Below are positions 11,001 to 22,399 of a stretch of 64,000 nt of DNA, one piece after another. The DNA is from Thalia democratica (taxonomy: Eukaryota), in assembly GCA_965202585.1 (NCBI GenBank), contig OZ241831.1:13392001-13456000 (forward strand). The letters are read 5' to 3'. The notes under the pieces are model-generated. The model did no database searches. It was not told the origin of the DNA and saw nothing but the letters and a program-made list of their open reading frames with translations. The position numbers and the translations under genes are program-made. Position 1 is the first letter of the stretch. Every line of letters starts with the position of its first letter.

Positions 11001-14000
11001 GCGTTTTAAAAATTTTGCGGAGTCATAAAATACTAGATATTCTTGAGTTGTACATGAAGAGAAAAAAAAAATTCTCATGTGTATTTATTGATAATTTTAA
11101 AACTTACACTAGATATTCTTGAGTTGCAGATGAATAGCGAAAAAAAGGTCTTAGGTGTTTTTAAATGGTAGTTTTTTGAGTAGTCTTGTTAGAAGGGGCC
11201 ATAGCCTTTTTAATTTTTTTAAAGGGGGCCATTTGTAAAAAGTTTAGGAAACCCTGGTTTAGATAATAACTGCTTAGCAAGCAACCTAGTTTATCGAGCT
11301 ACAAAAACAAACAACTTAACAAAATTTTATGTGGGTTCAAATAGCATAACATTTAAAAACAGATACAGTAACCATAAGCTAAGTTTTAACAAAGACATAA
11401 TACTGAACTATCAATTTACATATGGGAACTAAAAGACGCAAATAAAGACTACAATTTAAAATGGAAAATACTCTGCGGAACTAAGGAAAACAAAAAAAAA
11501 ACAACAAAATATGTAACTTAGGTAGATTAGAAAATTACATACAGTCACCTTTCGCGAAACTACGAAAATTGTGTCCACAGCAAAAGTGCGTAAATAAAAG
11601 AGAGAACGTAGCTAAACGAGATGTAACAAATAGTCCTACTATAATAGTTATTTTCTTTTAATGAATTTGATTATATACAATATGGTGACTTTTTCACTTT
11701 TTATTTGTTTACAAAATAGTTTTTATTCAAGTTGTACATATATGTGAAAATTTATATTTTTATTCTGAGCCTTTATATAACTTGCTTGTTTTGTTTTCGT
11801 TTAAGTATGATCGATTTAATAATTATAATTTTTTTAAACGAAAATACGCTTTAAAATAAAAGTAATCTAAACTTTATTCAGATCATATTCTTTGTAAGTT
11901 AGAAAAATACTTTGTAAGTTGTCGTCAAAAGTTTATCTAAAAGTTTTTTAAAAATATTAATTTCGATATTTGGTAAATTTAAGAGTGTAGTTAATTAAAT
12001 AAAATAATTTTAATTCCACTAAAATTGTTTTAATATGTCTTACAACTTTCAGCATCAGAAATATGCATCATCAGGATGGCGGTTGCCAATAGCGATGTGG
12101 CAACGTTTCTACAAGAAACAAGAGGGCAAAATGGATACACTCGTTTGAGCTTTAGGATGGTGGACCAGGTTTTTAGTTTCTTTCGACACATGAAGCTTTA
12201 TTTTATACTATATTGCAGCTTAAGTTTATGTAAGTCATTACAAACTTTCGACAAGATATTTTTGAATTTAATGTTATCTTAAAGGTAACGAAAACAAAGT
12301 AGTTTTCTTTAAAGGTTTTACTTATATTAATAATTTTCCATACTAAACTTAATAAAACTATATGGAACAATATTAATGAAATGACTCTAAAATTTTTATT
12401 ATAAGTTATAATGTTTTTTTAAATTTTACAGTAATATTTACAAAGTAAAATGAAGAAAATGGGAACTTTTTTTAAATTCAAAAATTTAAAATACGTCTGT
12501 AATAATGAAAAATCTAAGAGACAGCTAAACTTAATAGCTTTTATTTTAGACTGTTTTTTGATTTTTAGAAAGATCAATTAAGTTGTATATTTCTTTCTAT
12601 ATTTTTGTTTTTAAAATAATTTATTTCAAAATTTGTAGCATTAAAATTAATCCTTAAAAGCTAGGATAAAGTAAGTAAAGTAAAAGTAATTAAGCTATTG
12701 CTGTTTAGTAGTTAAACATAAAAAACTACAAGCTCCTTTAACAAAGACATGAAAGTTTGTAAGTTTTTTTTTTAATATCTTTTTTTCTACATTGTAAGTG
12801 TTTCTAAACTGATTATAAGTATTTATTGTATAATGATCAGAAATAATATTTGATAGTTTAATTGTTTTCGCCTTTGAAAAAAGTTGATAAAATATAAAGA
12901 TAAAGTAATTTTATTTTGTTAAACAATAAGTTATCAAAATATACTATTAAAATAATAAGTTAGACTTTTTATGTAAAAAGTACTTAATTTGCTTTTTTTT
13001 TTAGATTTTCGATGCCTTGCAATATCTGCACGAGGAGCATATGATGGTCCATTGTGATATAACACCCAACAACATACTTTTAACAATGGACCATCATATC
13101 AAGCTCACAGATTTCGGTCTTTCTAAAAGTTCAAGTAAGACTTTGCTAACGTCGTTTAAACAAGTTATTTGCTAAACATACAAACTTTAGAAATATTTTA
13201 GGTTAATAAGTTTAGAGAATTTATTACACTATTATGTTAAACTTGTATCCCAAGAAGTCTATTTAAACTTTTTTAAATGTTATAACATTTAGACTTATCA
13301 TTAGATGCATTAAGTTCATTTTATAACGGTTTATGTAATGGATAATTAATCTAACTAAACGTCAATAAACACTAGACTTATAAATAAAAATAATTACCAG
13401 TGGAACATTCGAGTGACACTAGAGGTAAGGTCGTAGTAGAGTCGCGTTCTTGGCACCAGACATTGGATTTCACCGCTCCAGAACAAGTAATTGCGTTTTT
13501 GTGTTTAAATAGATTGTTATTTTTGTTTAATAGCTAATCTAACAATATAAAAAATAAATCTAGCTGTATAATTGTTAGTTAAATTAATTAAAATCAACTT
13601 CTGACCAATTAAATTAATTTTTCGAGTGTGAGAAAATTTTATTTTTATCAATATTTGTTATTTTTTATATCATTTGGTTAAAGTAAATTCTGTTCTAAGT
13701 CATTTGGGTCATTTTTTTATGAACTAATTGATAAAATTTCATATGTCGAAAATTAACTTGGTCAACATTGTTTGTTTTTAATTAGATAAAGAAGGATGAT
13801 CTAGTTAAAACTGGCTGGTTTCGCACACTAAACTAGATTTAGAATTATTTTGCTTGAAACAAAAATTTTTTTTTTACCTTGCAGGGGTCAAGAATCTTCA
13901 CGCAAGCGGTTGATGTGTACTCATCGACCCGGGTAGCCGTTTTGATCTTCGCCAGACCTTTAGATATTTCAAAAGTAAACTTGTATGTCAGATGCAAGAA

Positions 14001-14210
14001 GTACCCAACAAGTTTGAAAGCTCCCAGCAAAGCTCCACTTGTTAGTTACTTTAAACGCTTTGTAACGTGTTCATTTATTAAAACTTTGGTTTGTTTTAGC
14101 TATCAGTCGTTCAAAAGGGGCTGGCTTTTGGTGAGAAAGATCGGCCGCTTGCAGGTGAAATGAAGGAAATGCTCAGGGAAGCGAAAACTAGAATTTCCTT
14201 AAACAACTGA
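5030..14210 (+). CDS. divergent Ser/Thr protein kinase, eIF2-alpha kinase (PERK/PKR)-like, non-RD
   Basis: Exons 5030-5455, 5849-5931, 10040-10150, 10446-10519, 12053-12168, 13005-13134, 13401-13486, 13885-14040 and 14100-14210, all GT-AG with matching phases. Motifs in order: [20 protein letters not shown], alpha[12 protein letters not shown], short insert, [40 protein letters not shown]. The 5' acceptor at 5029 is inferred. Confidence 0.88.
5060..5347 (+). repeat. coding 36-bp (12-aa) tandem repeat x8, D[G/E]TK[N/S]QIV[ER/GN]KQ
   Basis: 36-nt period visible in the first kinase exon. The antisense ORFs 4998..5285 and 5015..5401 are by-products. Confidence 0.95.
5996..6335 (+). repeat. array of CACTTTTGCACG-type subterminal motifs (end of a non-autonomous element family)
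   Basis: More than 10 degenerate copies of gtcacttttgcacg. The same family occurs at about 8380-8612(-), 9225-9322(-), 21562-22314, 35455-35640, 36925-37090 and 41565-41912. Confidence 0.8.
6852..7154. mobile_element. hAT (Buster/Charlie-type) MITE
   Basis: TIR CAGGGTTTCCCAAA / TTTGGGAAACCCTG, perfect 8-bp TSD ATGTAGAA (nnnTAnnn). Confidence 0.93.
7450..8200 (-). mobile_element. decayed CR1/L2-like LINE reverse transcriptase fragment in a kinase intron
   Basis: Minus strand LFADD (7981-7995) and downstream RPKLEY.TPI.S...LESVQRKYT, typical of LINE RT C-termini; multiple stops. Confidence 0.85.
10582..10918. mobile_element. decayed hAT MITE
   Basis: Degenerate TIR CGTTGGTCTTCAA / TTACGACCATTG, flanked by TTTTAGAT and GTGTAGAT. 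Confidence 0.55.
10927..11256. mobile_element. hAT (Buster-type) MITE, same family as 6852
   Basis: TIR CAGGGTTTCC / GGAAACCCTG; TSD GTGTAGAT / GTTTAGAT (1 mismatch). Confidence 0.88.
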
Positions 14211-14559
14211 TCATGTACGTTTCGTTAGTTTTAATTTTGTATAAAAAATACAATTCAAACTGTTTTAAATTAAATTGTTTTTTGACGTATAAATTTAAAA
14301 GTTAAGCAAAGTAAACGAATAAAAGGAAAAAAAAAACTTGAAAGTTATAAATTTTTAAGTTAAGTTTTAACATATTTTACTACCTTATTTAAAAAAATTT
14401 ACTTAATTCATTCTAAAAACGCAAAAAAAAACCTTAAAATAGATTTTTAAAACTATAAAAAGCTTTTTTTTTAAGTAAAAAAATCAAAACTTAGTGAATA
14501 TTCTTTTTACAAATATGTCTAAATGTCTAAAACAATAAGTCTTAATATTTTACTATTAA

Positions 14560-14895
14560 GTTTGTTTTTTTGCGCATTTTGAAGTTTTCAAATTTAATTT
14601 CACCAATGTAGATTTTTAAGTCAGCTAAATCAGTTTTCTAATCATCTAATTATACTCCTTAACGTCCAAAATAACTAACAAGTAAAGCTAAGTTGTCTTA
14701 AGTTTTTTGTGTATTTTATACATGTCGCAAAGTTTTTGAAATATCCAAACAGCTGCCCGAGTTAGCTACACATCAAACGCTTGTGCGAAGGTTCTTGACC
14801 CATACAAGCTGAACTTTTTTGTTTTTGCTCAAAAGTAATACATATAGTTCTCATTAATATTTTGTTGTAGTATGCAAAACTAGCAAGTTTTAGAT
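14560..14895 (-). pseudogene. degenerate inverted copy of the last two kinase exons and flanks
   Basis: Reverse complement reads GSRTFAQAFDV* against [12 protein letters not shown] in exon 13885-14040. Similarity extends over the upstream intron (about 13800-13850) and the 59-nt intron/last exon. Confidence 0.75.
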
Positions 14896-16841
14896 AGCTC
14901 GTTCTTTTTTATTCAATGAAAATTAAACAATGTTCAACAAGCTTACTTTCAACATATAAAATTTTATAAATTTTTTCATAAAAAAAAAACTTTAGTTAGT
15001 CAAAAAGAGCTAAATTATCTCTATCAAACGATATAAGAATTATAATGATAGATTAAAAAATTTGCTCAGACACATAAAATTATACTATTATTCTTTTAAT
15101 TTTTTAAAAATTTTGCAATAAATGCTTATATGCATCCTGTAAAATTGTCATTTTCTAAAAACAAAAAGTTAATTTTGAAGTATTTTTAAAACGATCTGTA
15201 AAATATTTAACAAATACTTATGTTAAAGCATATACAATTTTTTATTGAGTACACATTTAAAAAACATGATTTTATTACAGCCTAACTAGTCAATTTGATT
15301 ATATGTTTTACTGTTACTTTAAAATGTATTTAAATGACTACTCTGAAAAATTTTTTGAGCTTAGAAAAGTTTACTTTATACAGGGTCAATTCAGTAGCAA
15401 GCTAGAATTTATATAAACTTTATAACTGATTCGTTTCTGCTTTAATTTTGGTATCGTAACTAACGTACAACAGTTTGTGATTTACTGAAAAAATAAACGA
15501 GCTTTAGTCAAACTTTGTTAATTTTCTATACATCTAATGTGTATAATTTGTTTTAAGGTACAAAATAAAAATAAAGGAATATAATTTTTTAAATCAAAAA
15601 ACTTGTATAAAGAGTATTAATGTAGTTTCTCACTTATTTTAAATGTCTATTTAATTTTAAAGTAGACAAACGATTAAGGCATTTTGCATTTATTGTGTAT
15701 CACTGTTAATTATTTTGACTAATAATTTAAACTTTGTTTTTTATTTAAACAGTTTATAATACTCTTTTTTCGTCTATAAGTTTAAACAAGCCCAAAAATT
15801 TCATCATAATTAAAAGTAAATATTTCATTAACTATTTTTTTTTACTGTTTTTTTATGTATATGATAAATTATTTAAAATCCTTTAAAAAAATATGCTAAA
15901 AAATGTTTCTTTTAAAGGTTTACTCTACTTATTTCTTTTATATCCTTTCAATGAAAATTTCGTTGAAATTTATAGAAATATATTTCGTTTAAATTTCTTT
16001 TGTTGTTCATAAATAGTTTAAAGATTTTTTTTTCAGAACTAAGTCTTAAAACAAAACAAATTAGTAACTTAACTGAATTATAGTTTTAATAGTTTATTTG
16101 AAGGTAAGTAAATAAAATGTTAACTACAAATTTAGTTTACTTTTTACACTAGATTGATAATTAACTTTTTTTTTAATATCATGCCGCTTATGATTAACTT
16201 GAATTGTATAGATTTTATTTTTAGTAGAAATATAAAAATATTTTTAACGTTATATTTTTTTAGTAAAATTAAAACGTAAATAAAACGCGTCTGAACTTAG
16301 TGAATATTTTGTTTGTTGTTATTAAATTTATTTAATTGCTAAACTTAATGTGGTTTATACTTTATAATGAATGGGTCATTATCTTCAACGTTCTAATTAG
16401 TTCAGATCACTTTTTAGTTTATGAAAATAATTCAGACCAATCTCAACCCGTTGTATTTTGTTCGTTCAAGTACAGAGTGATTTTTTGCATTAACAGTTTT
16501 AAATTTCGTAATATTTTTTTTAACCTAAGGTATTATTACAAATGATTCAATAATGATATTTATAAGTCGTTTGGTAGAAAATTTATTAGCAGTAATACTA
16601 AAACGATAAACAATAAAGATTGAGATGATAGTAGAGTAATATTTGAAATATTTGTAAGTTAACTAATAACATAAAGAAAGTTGTAATTGGTTATAAAAAC
16701 AATTTTGATAAAAGTAAACAATAGAACTAGTTTATAATTAAGACTTGATTAAATAATAAATGACAGGGTAGAAATAGCTATTAGGATAGTAATCAAATCC
16801 TTCTCATCAAACAACGACGGGAATTTTTAATTGTCGAAAGC

Positions 16842-17084
16842 CAGGGGTCGGCAAACTGATACCCGCAATATGATTGTTTGCAAAAAAGAAACGATAATTT
16901 GATAGATGAAAGTTTTGCTTCAGTAAGATAATAGTTACAAACACATTCTTTTGTGGGTAAACTGCTGTCTATACTAGTAATATATAATTTAAAGTTTACT
17001 AAAACAGTTTTTGAAAAATATTTGACTGGCGAAGAGCTTTTTCAGTAAAATTAGTCTGACCCTTCTAAAAGTTGCCGACCCCTG
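16842..17084. mobile_element. hAT MITE (CAGGGGTCGGCAA family)
   Basis: TIR CAGGGGTCGGCAAACT / AGTTGCCGACCCCTG; TSD decayed. Confidence 0.8.
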
Positions 17085-18812
17085 TCCATAACCTTTTAGT
17101 TTAAACAGTTTACTAATTTAGCATAAAGTATAACAATAAATAGCTTGTTGTAGCTTTAGCTGTTTTTAAAATATGAGTATAACGGAATATAGTTTATAAT
17201 ACTAATTTTCAAAATATAACTTTTAAACAGTTTTGTTAAGACTTACAGAGAGTATATCAAAATATTTTAATAAAAATTAGAAGTATATTATAAACTAAAT
17301 TGAGAGTACATGGTGCTAGTTTCACAGTTATTTTGTTTAAATTTTCTGGAAAGGTGAACTAAAAACTGTTAAACTGTGTAAAAGAACAAATAAATAATTA
17401 AATGTTAACAAATAAACCCGAAACTTAAAAAAAAAACATGCTTTGTTCCAATTGATTTGTTTCAAAACTGCTAAGATTCTAGAGTAATTTAGAAATTCGT
17501 AACAAGTTATAAAACTTTTTTAACAACAAAAACTATGTAGGTCTGTGCAAGAAGATTTGATCGGTTGTTTGCTTACATCAAATTTTAATTTTTTTTTTAA
17601 TGATGTGCAGTAAACTTTTTTAAAGATTAAAGGTCTCAACAAAATAGGAGACTAATTAAAAAACAATTGTTTAAAGAGCTTAACTCGTAACAATGTTTCT
17701 ACTAACAGGAGTAATTAAGTTATAAACTCTCTTATTTTGAATAAAATAGACAAATATACGATAACTTTCTTTAAAATTGAGTAATTGTTAATTCTTTAAA
17801 ATATACAAAATAATTTATCAAAAAATAAACCTCTATAGAATTTCATTAAGTTTTTTTTTTAGTGTCGGCTGCAGTTCAAAGGTCGCTTCTGATTGGCTAA
17901 TATTTTACTTTTTTTAAGTAATAAAACTTTTTTTTGGGTTATATTTTGTATATTTCGGTACTGTGGGTTAGGAATAAGGGTGTACATTAAAAATTTTGGG
18001 TAAGGTTTATTATTAGTGATAAGGGTATAAATGTTCCTAACATTCTGCTGTATTATCAATTCACATTAATTTGCATAATATTATGAATAAGAACTAAATT
18101 TAGGATATGATAGAAATTTTTATATATAAATGTAGTCAAAGGTTATATAAATATTAATATTTTTCAAACTGAATAAAAAGGTTCCTACCATTACAAAAGT
18201 TATTATATTAGCTTTTAAGTAGTAGTTCTCCAAAATTATTTAATTCTGTGCTTATTTTATAATAAAAAAAAGTTTACTTTAGTATTAAACATGAAGAAAG
18301 TTATACTTTATACATATTTATATATAGAACTAAAATACACAAAATAAACTTTTGCTTGGGACAGCTGTTTCTGCGTTTAATACGCGTCTTCAGCCAAGTT
18401 TTATTCAATGAAAAGCTTAACTATATAAATAAATATATATATTTATTTATATAGTTATTTTAATTTTGTAACACTTGTAAATGTTAAGTAAATGAAAAGT
18501 ATGAAGCTTTAATAGTAAAAAAAGAACATTTTTGTAACAAAATTATTCTAAAAAAAATTCAAGATAAATTTTATTTGGTGTTAATAAAGAATACTATTTA
18601 AAAATTTTTAATTTAGTATATTAAAGCATTTTAAGAAATCTACCAAAATCAACTTAAAATCTACTAAATATAATAGTTTTATAACTATATACAAAATTCA
18701 TATATATTTTTTGCTTGTGATTGAAATATTTAGTCTTAAAAATGTTTGGTAGAGTAACTACAAAAAAATTCAAAAAAAAAAAATTACTTTATTATCATGG
18801 ACACGACGTTAA

Positions 18813-19056
18813 AATGTATCCGTGGTGTATGACTCGAAAGGTTCTTCGTGCACCAGGTCCTAGTGCCAAATATTTTGAGTGTCTTTTTTTGTCGTTTAAT
18901 AAACAATAATGTTTCTTATTTTATTAAAAAAAATAAACTGAAATAAAACATTATTATAGTTTATTAAACAAAAAAAAGACACTCGAAATAGTTTGTCCTT
19001 TGACTTGGTGCTTAAAAACGACTTTCGGTTATCGAATCGCACACCACAGATACCTT
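18813..19056. mobile_element. palindromic TTAA-flanked MITE
   Basis: TTAA on both sides, long internal inverted repeats (aaaaaaagacactc / gagtgtctttttt; gtatccgtgg / ccacagatac). Fragments of the family occur at about 42570-42640 and 45310-45355. Confidence 0.7.
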
Positions 19057-19316
19057 TTAATATCTTCTCCGAGATTATTAATCAAGATTATTAAACAAAG
19101 CTTTAAAATACTTGTTCTAATCTATAAAATTTACATAAAATAATTTTGTTTGTTAAATTTTTAAATAGTTTCTATTTGACCGTTAACTTCCAATTTTGAA
19201 GACATCAAAAGTTTATATAAGCAAAAACCTTTCAAATCACTTTGAGCCAATTGGAAAAACTTTTGTTGCTGACGGAAGTTTTTTAGGTTTATTTTTAGGC
19301 TCTATATGCGCTAGAA

Positions 19317-19649
19317 CAGGGGTCGGAAAACTGCGGCCCTCAAAGCTAAATCTGCGGCCCGCGAGCTACTTTTTAGACAAATATTTTTTTTTATAAAACA
19401 TAAAAATAAACGGTTTTTTAATAAAAGTATACAATTAGGCTCTTCCTCTTAATTTTGTAGATAATCTAGAAAGGTACTGTTTTACTACTGATTTTGTTGT
19501 ATTATTTGTTTAATATAGTATTTTTTTACTAATTAATATATATTTTTTAATAATTGCGGCTCTCGACGACTTTTTTCTTTAAAGTGCGGCCCGCGAGCAG
19601 TTTCTCTGAGAAAAATGGTTCACGAGTTACAAAAGACTGCCGATCCCTG
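19317..19649. mobile_element. hAT (Buster/Charlie-type) MITE
   Basis: TIR CAGGGGTCGG / CCGATCCCTG, internal GCGGCCCGCG motifs, perfect 8-bp TSD CGCTAGAA. Confidence 0.92.
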
Positions 19650-21561
19650 CGCTAGAATCTTAGCTGTCATTCAAGAAAATTTCATACATACTTTCTATTT
19701 CCAGGTGCGTGCCCTTTGTGCCTATTAAGCAAGCATGGGATTAGAGTTTTAATGCCACGTACAATTAAGAACTTTCGAAGTTATTTTTAAAAATAGGTTT
19801 ATAAAAAAGAAACTTTTGACTTTGCAAAGAATTTTAGACAAACTAAAACCACAAATTGCATATCGCGTTTCATTAAAAGTTGTTAATTTTTTTTTATAAA
19901 ATTAAGTTATATGACGCTACGAGTTAGTTATGAGATTAAACTGCATTAACAACATTTTTAGTCGCTCAACACTCAACATTCAACAGGTAACTCAATTAGT
20001 TAACGTGTAATGGTAAATTTTTGATGTTCTAAAATCAATTTGTAAAATATTTTTGGATCATCAGTTCAAAAATTACTTTCAAAGTATATATTTGACGCTT
20101 TACATCTTAAAGTTATTTAATTATTTAAATATAAAAAGTCAACAGAGTTTACAAAGTCTAATTTTTTCTGCAAAAATAGTTAGCAGCATAATACTTAGCA
20201 TAGAAAACAGCATTAAGTTATAATAAATAATAAAAAAAAAGACATAGTTTTTAAACTAAGAATTATTGAAAAAAAAGGTTTATATTTATTAATTGCTACA
20301 ATCACAATTTTGATTTGAAATTTATGGATATTAAGGTCTTACTTAGGTAAAACTGTTAAGTTTTTTTATTTTTGCTTATTAAAATTTTAATTTAAGTTGA
20401 GTGTGTGACTCGATGACCGAAAGGGATTTTGTGGACCAACATTTTTTTGAGTATCGCTTCATTTTTTTAAGTAAACAAACTTAGAAAGAATTGTAAATGT
20501 AAGATCTAAGACTACTGCTGTCTGTTAAAGTGATTAACTGACTAGTGACTACAACCAGATAGTGACTTATAGTAGGTAGTTTTATTAAAACACCCTTAAA
20601 CAAAAATACTTTTTAATCATATCAAATATATAACAAATATTATCCAATAATAAAATTTGTTTAAAGTAATTTATGGTTGGTGTTACTCTTTTTCATGCCA
20701 TAATAAGGACTTTATTGCTGCTCAATCAATAAAATTGTATATACCTGATTGATATACATTCAAAAAAAAAAAAAAAGAATCTGAATCTCACAATTAAATT
20801 CAGCTGTAGACCATAAAAAAATGTATCCAAACAAATAAAAGTAAATTTGTTTAAAACGCCATGGTAAAACTTTATTCGATCCTCTTAAGGTCAAAACAGA
20901 ACATAAGAAAAAAATGAAAAGTCTTTATACTCAAATCCCACAACAGTTTAAATAATAGATAGAGTAATTTTTGAAAAAAATAAAATATTTAAAAAAGATT
21001 AAGCCATGTATTGTAAAGCAGTTCAATTCTGCTTATGAATGTCAGAAAAGAATACTAAAAGTAAATGCTAAAATGAATGACTCTTAAAAACTGATTTTGC
21101 TTTTACTTGCTTTTTCTACTGTTTTTTTTTTCTCTGTTTGTCTACCACTGGCAGAGTTGCTTTAAAGTCAGGAAAAACAAAAATAAAGTGATTTTCAAAA
21201 AAGTCAGGAAATTTGATATGAACTTGATCTTAATAAGAAAGTTTGTCATCACTAAAAACTACATTTTGCTTATGTTATTTTCTAAAACAATTTGCTTTTG
21301 CAATTTCTCTTTTTTCAGGGTGTAATTGAATTTTTAGAATAAATTAAAATGTTTAAAATTTTTGTTAATGTATTTGTGAATTGGTTTTAAATGAGATTTT
21401 AATTAAAAAAGTGAGTAATTTTTCAGCTTCATCTGTGGCAACCCTGATTGGATCTTGAATTTGCAACAAAGTTTCTTGCTCAGAGATTTTCAAAGCCATC
21501 AATAGGACCATTACTATAAAGCTACACAATTTGAATTTAGATGTTTTGCATGCTTTAATAA

Positions 21562-22314
21562 AGGGTAGGAGTCAAATATGCACAAAGAGACACTTTTGCT
21601 TAAAGATACATTTGCACAGAGGGTTATTTATGAACAATGTCAATTTTGCACAATGGGTCACTTTTGCACAGATTGAAAATTTTTCAAATTGTTTATATTT
21701 TATTAATTATATTATTTAAATAGTTTTATTATTTATTTTATTATTACTATCACTTATATACTATTTATTGTTACCCCTAACTCATACCCTTGGTCAGTAA
21801 TTTTTTTCTTTGGTTTTTATTTTATTAGTTGTTTTTTTAGTTGATTATTTATTTTATGGTTTATTTTTTCTTAACAAATTTTGTTAGTTTTTTTATTATT
21901 TTTATTTTAATTTTATTATCACTGTTACCCCTAATCCTTATTCAACCTTATTATACCTAATCCTTATGGTCACTAACTTTTTTGTTATAGATATTTTTTT
22001 AGTTTTTTTTCTTTTTAGCAATTTTTATTTGTTATTTAGTTTTTAATTTTTACTATCACTGTTGCCTGTAACACTTACCCTTTTTTGGTAATTAATTTTA
22101 TATTATTTTGACAATTTATTTGATTACTACTTTTTTGTTTTATTTTTATTTTTTTTTATTTTTTACTCTTGTGCAAAAATAACCCTTTGTGCAAAAGTGA
22201 CCCCTTGTGAAAAAGTGACCCCTTGTGAAAAAGTGACCCTTGGCGCAAAAATGTCTTTGTTCGAAGTTGTTCCTTTGTGCCAAAATGTTTTCATGCATAT
22301 TTAACCCGTACCCT
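21562..22314. mobile_element. non-autonomous element with GGGTA(C/G)G..T(T/C)AAATATGCA TIRs and CACTTTTGCAC subterminal arrays
   Basis: AGGGTAGGAGTCAAATATGCA at the left end, TGCATATTTAACCCGTACCCT at the right end, and an AT-rich interior with TTACCCCTAA repeats. Confidence 0.72.
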
Positions 22315-22399
22315 AAATAAGTCCACAAACTGATAAAAACAAAAACCCTTCTAGACTCAATTTTCAACTTCATCACCAAACTGTGCTCTTCATTAGAAC

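Noticed and set aside
16340-16830. Hydrophobic minus-strand translation (membrane-protein pseudogene or NUMT?)
   Set aside because: T-rich DNA translates as hydrophobic by default. There are stops and no recognisable motif.
20600-21090. Possible decayed paralog of the kinase ectodomain exon
   Set aside because: Similarity is limited to a few scattered residues in K/N-rich sequence with many stops.
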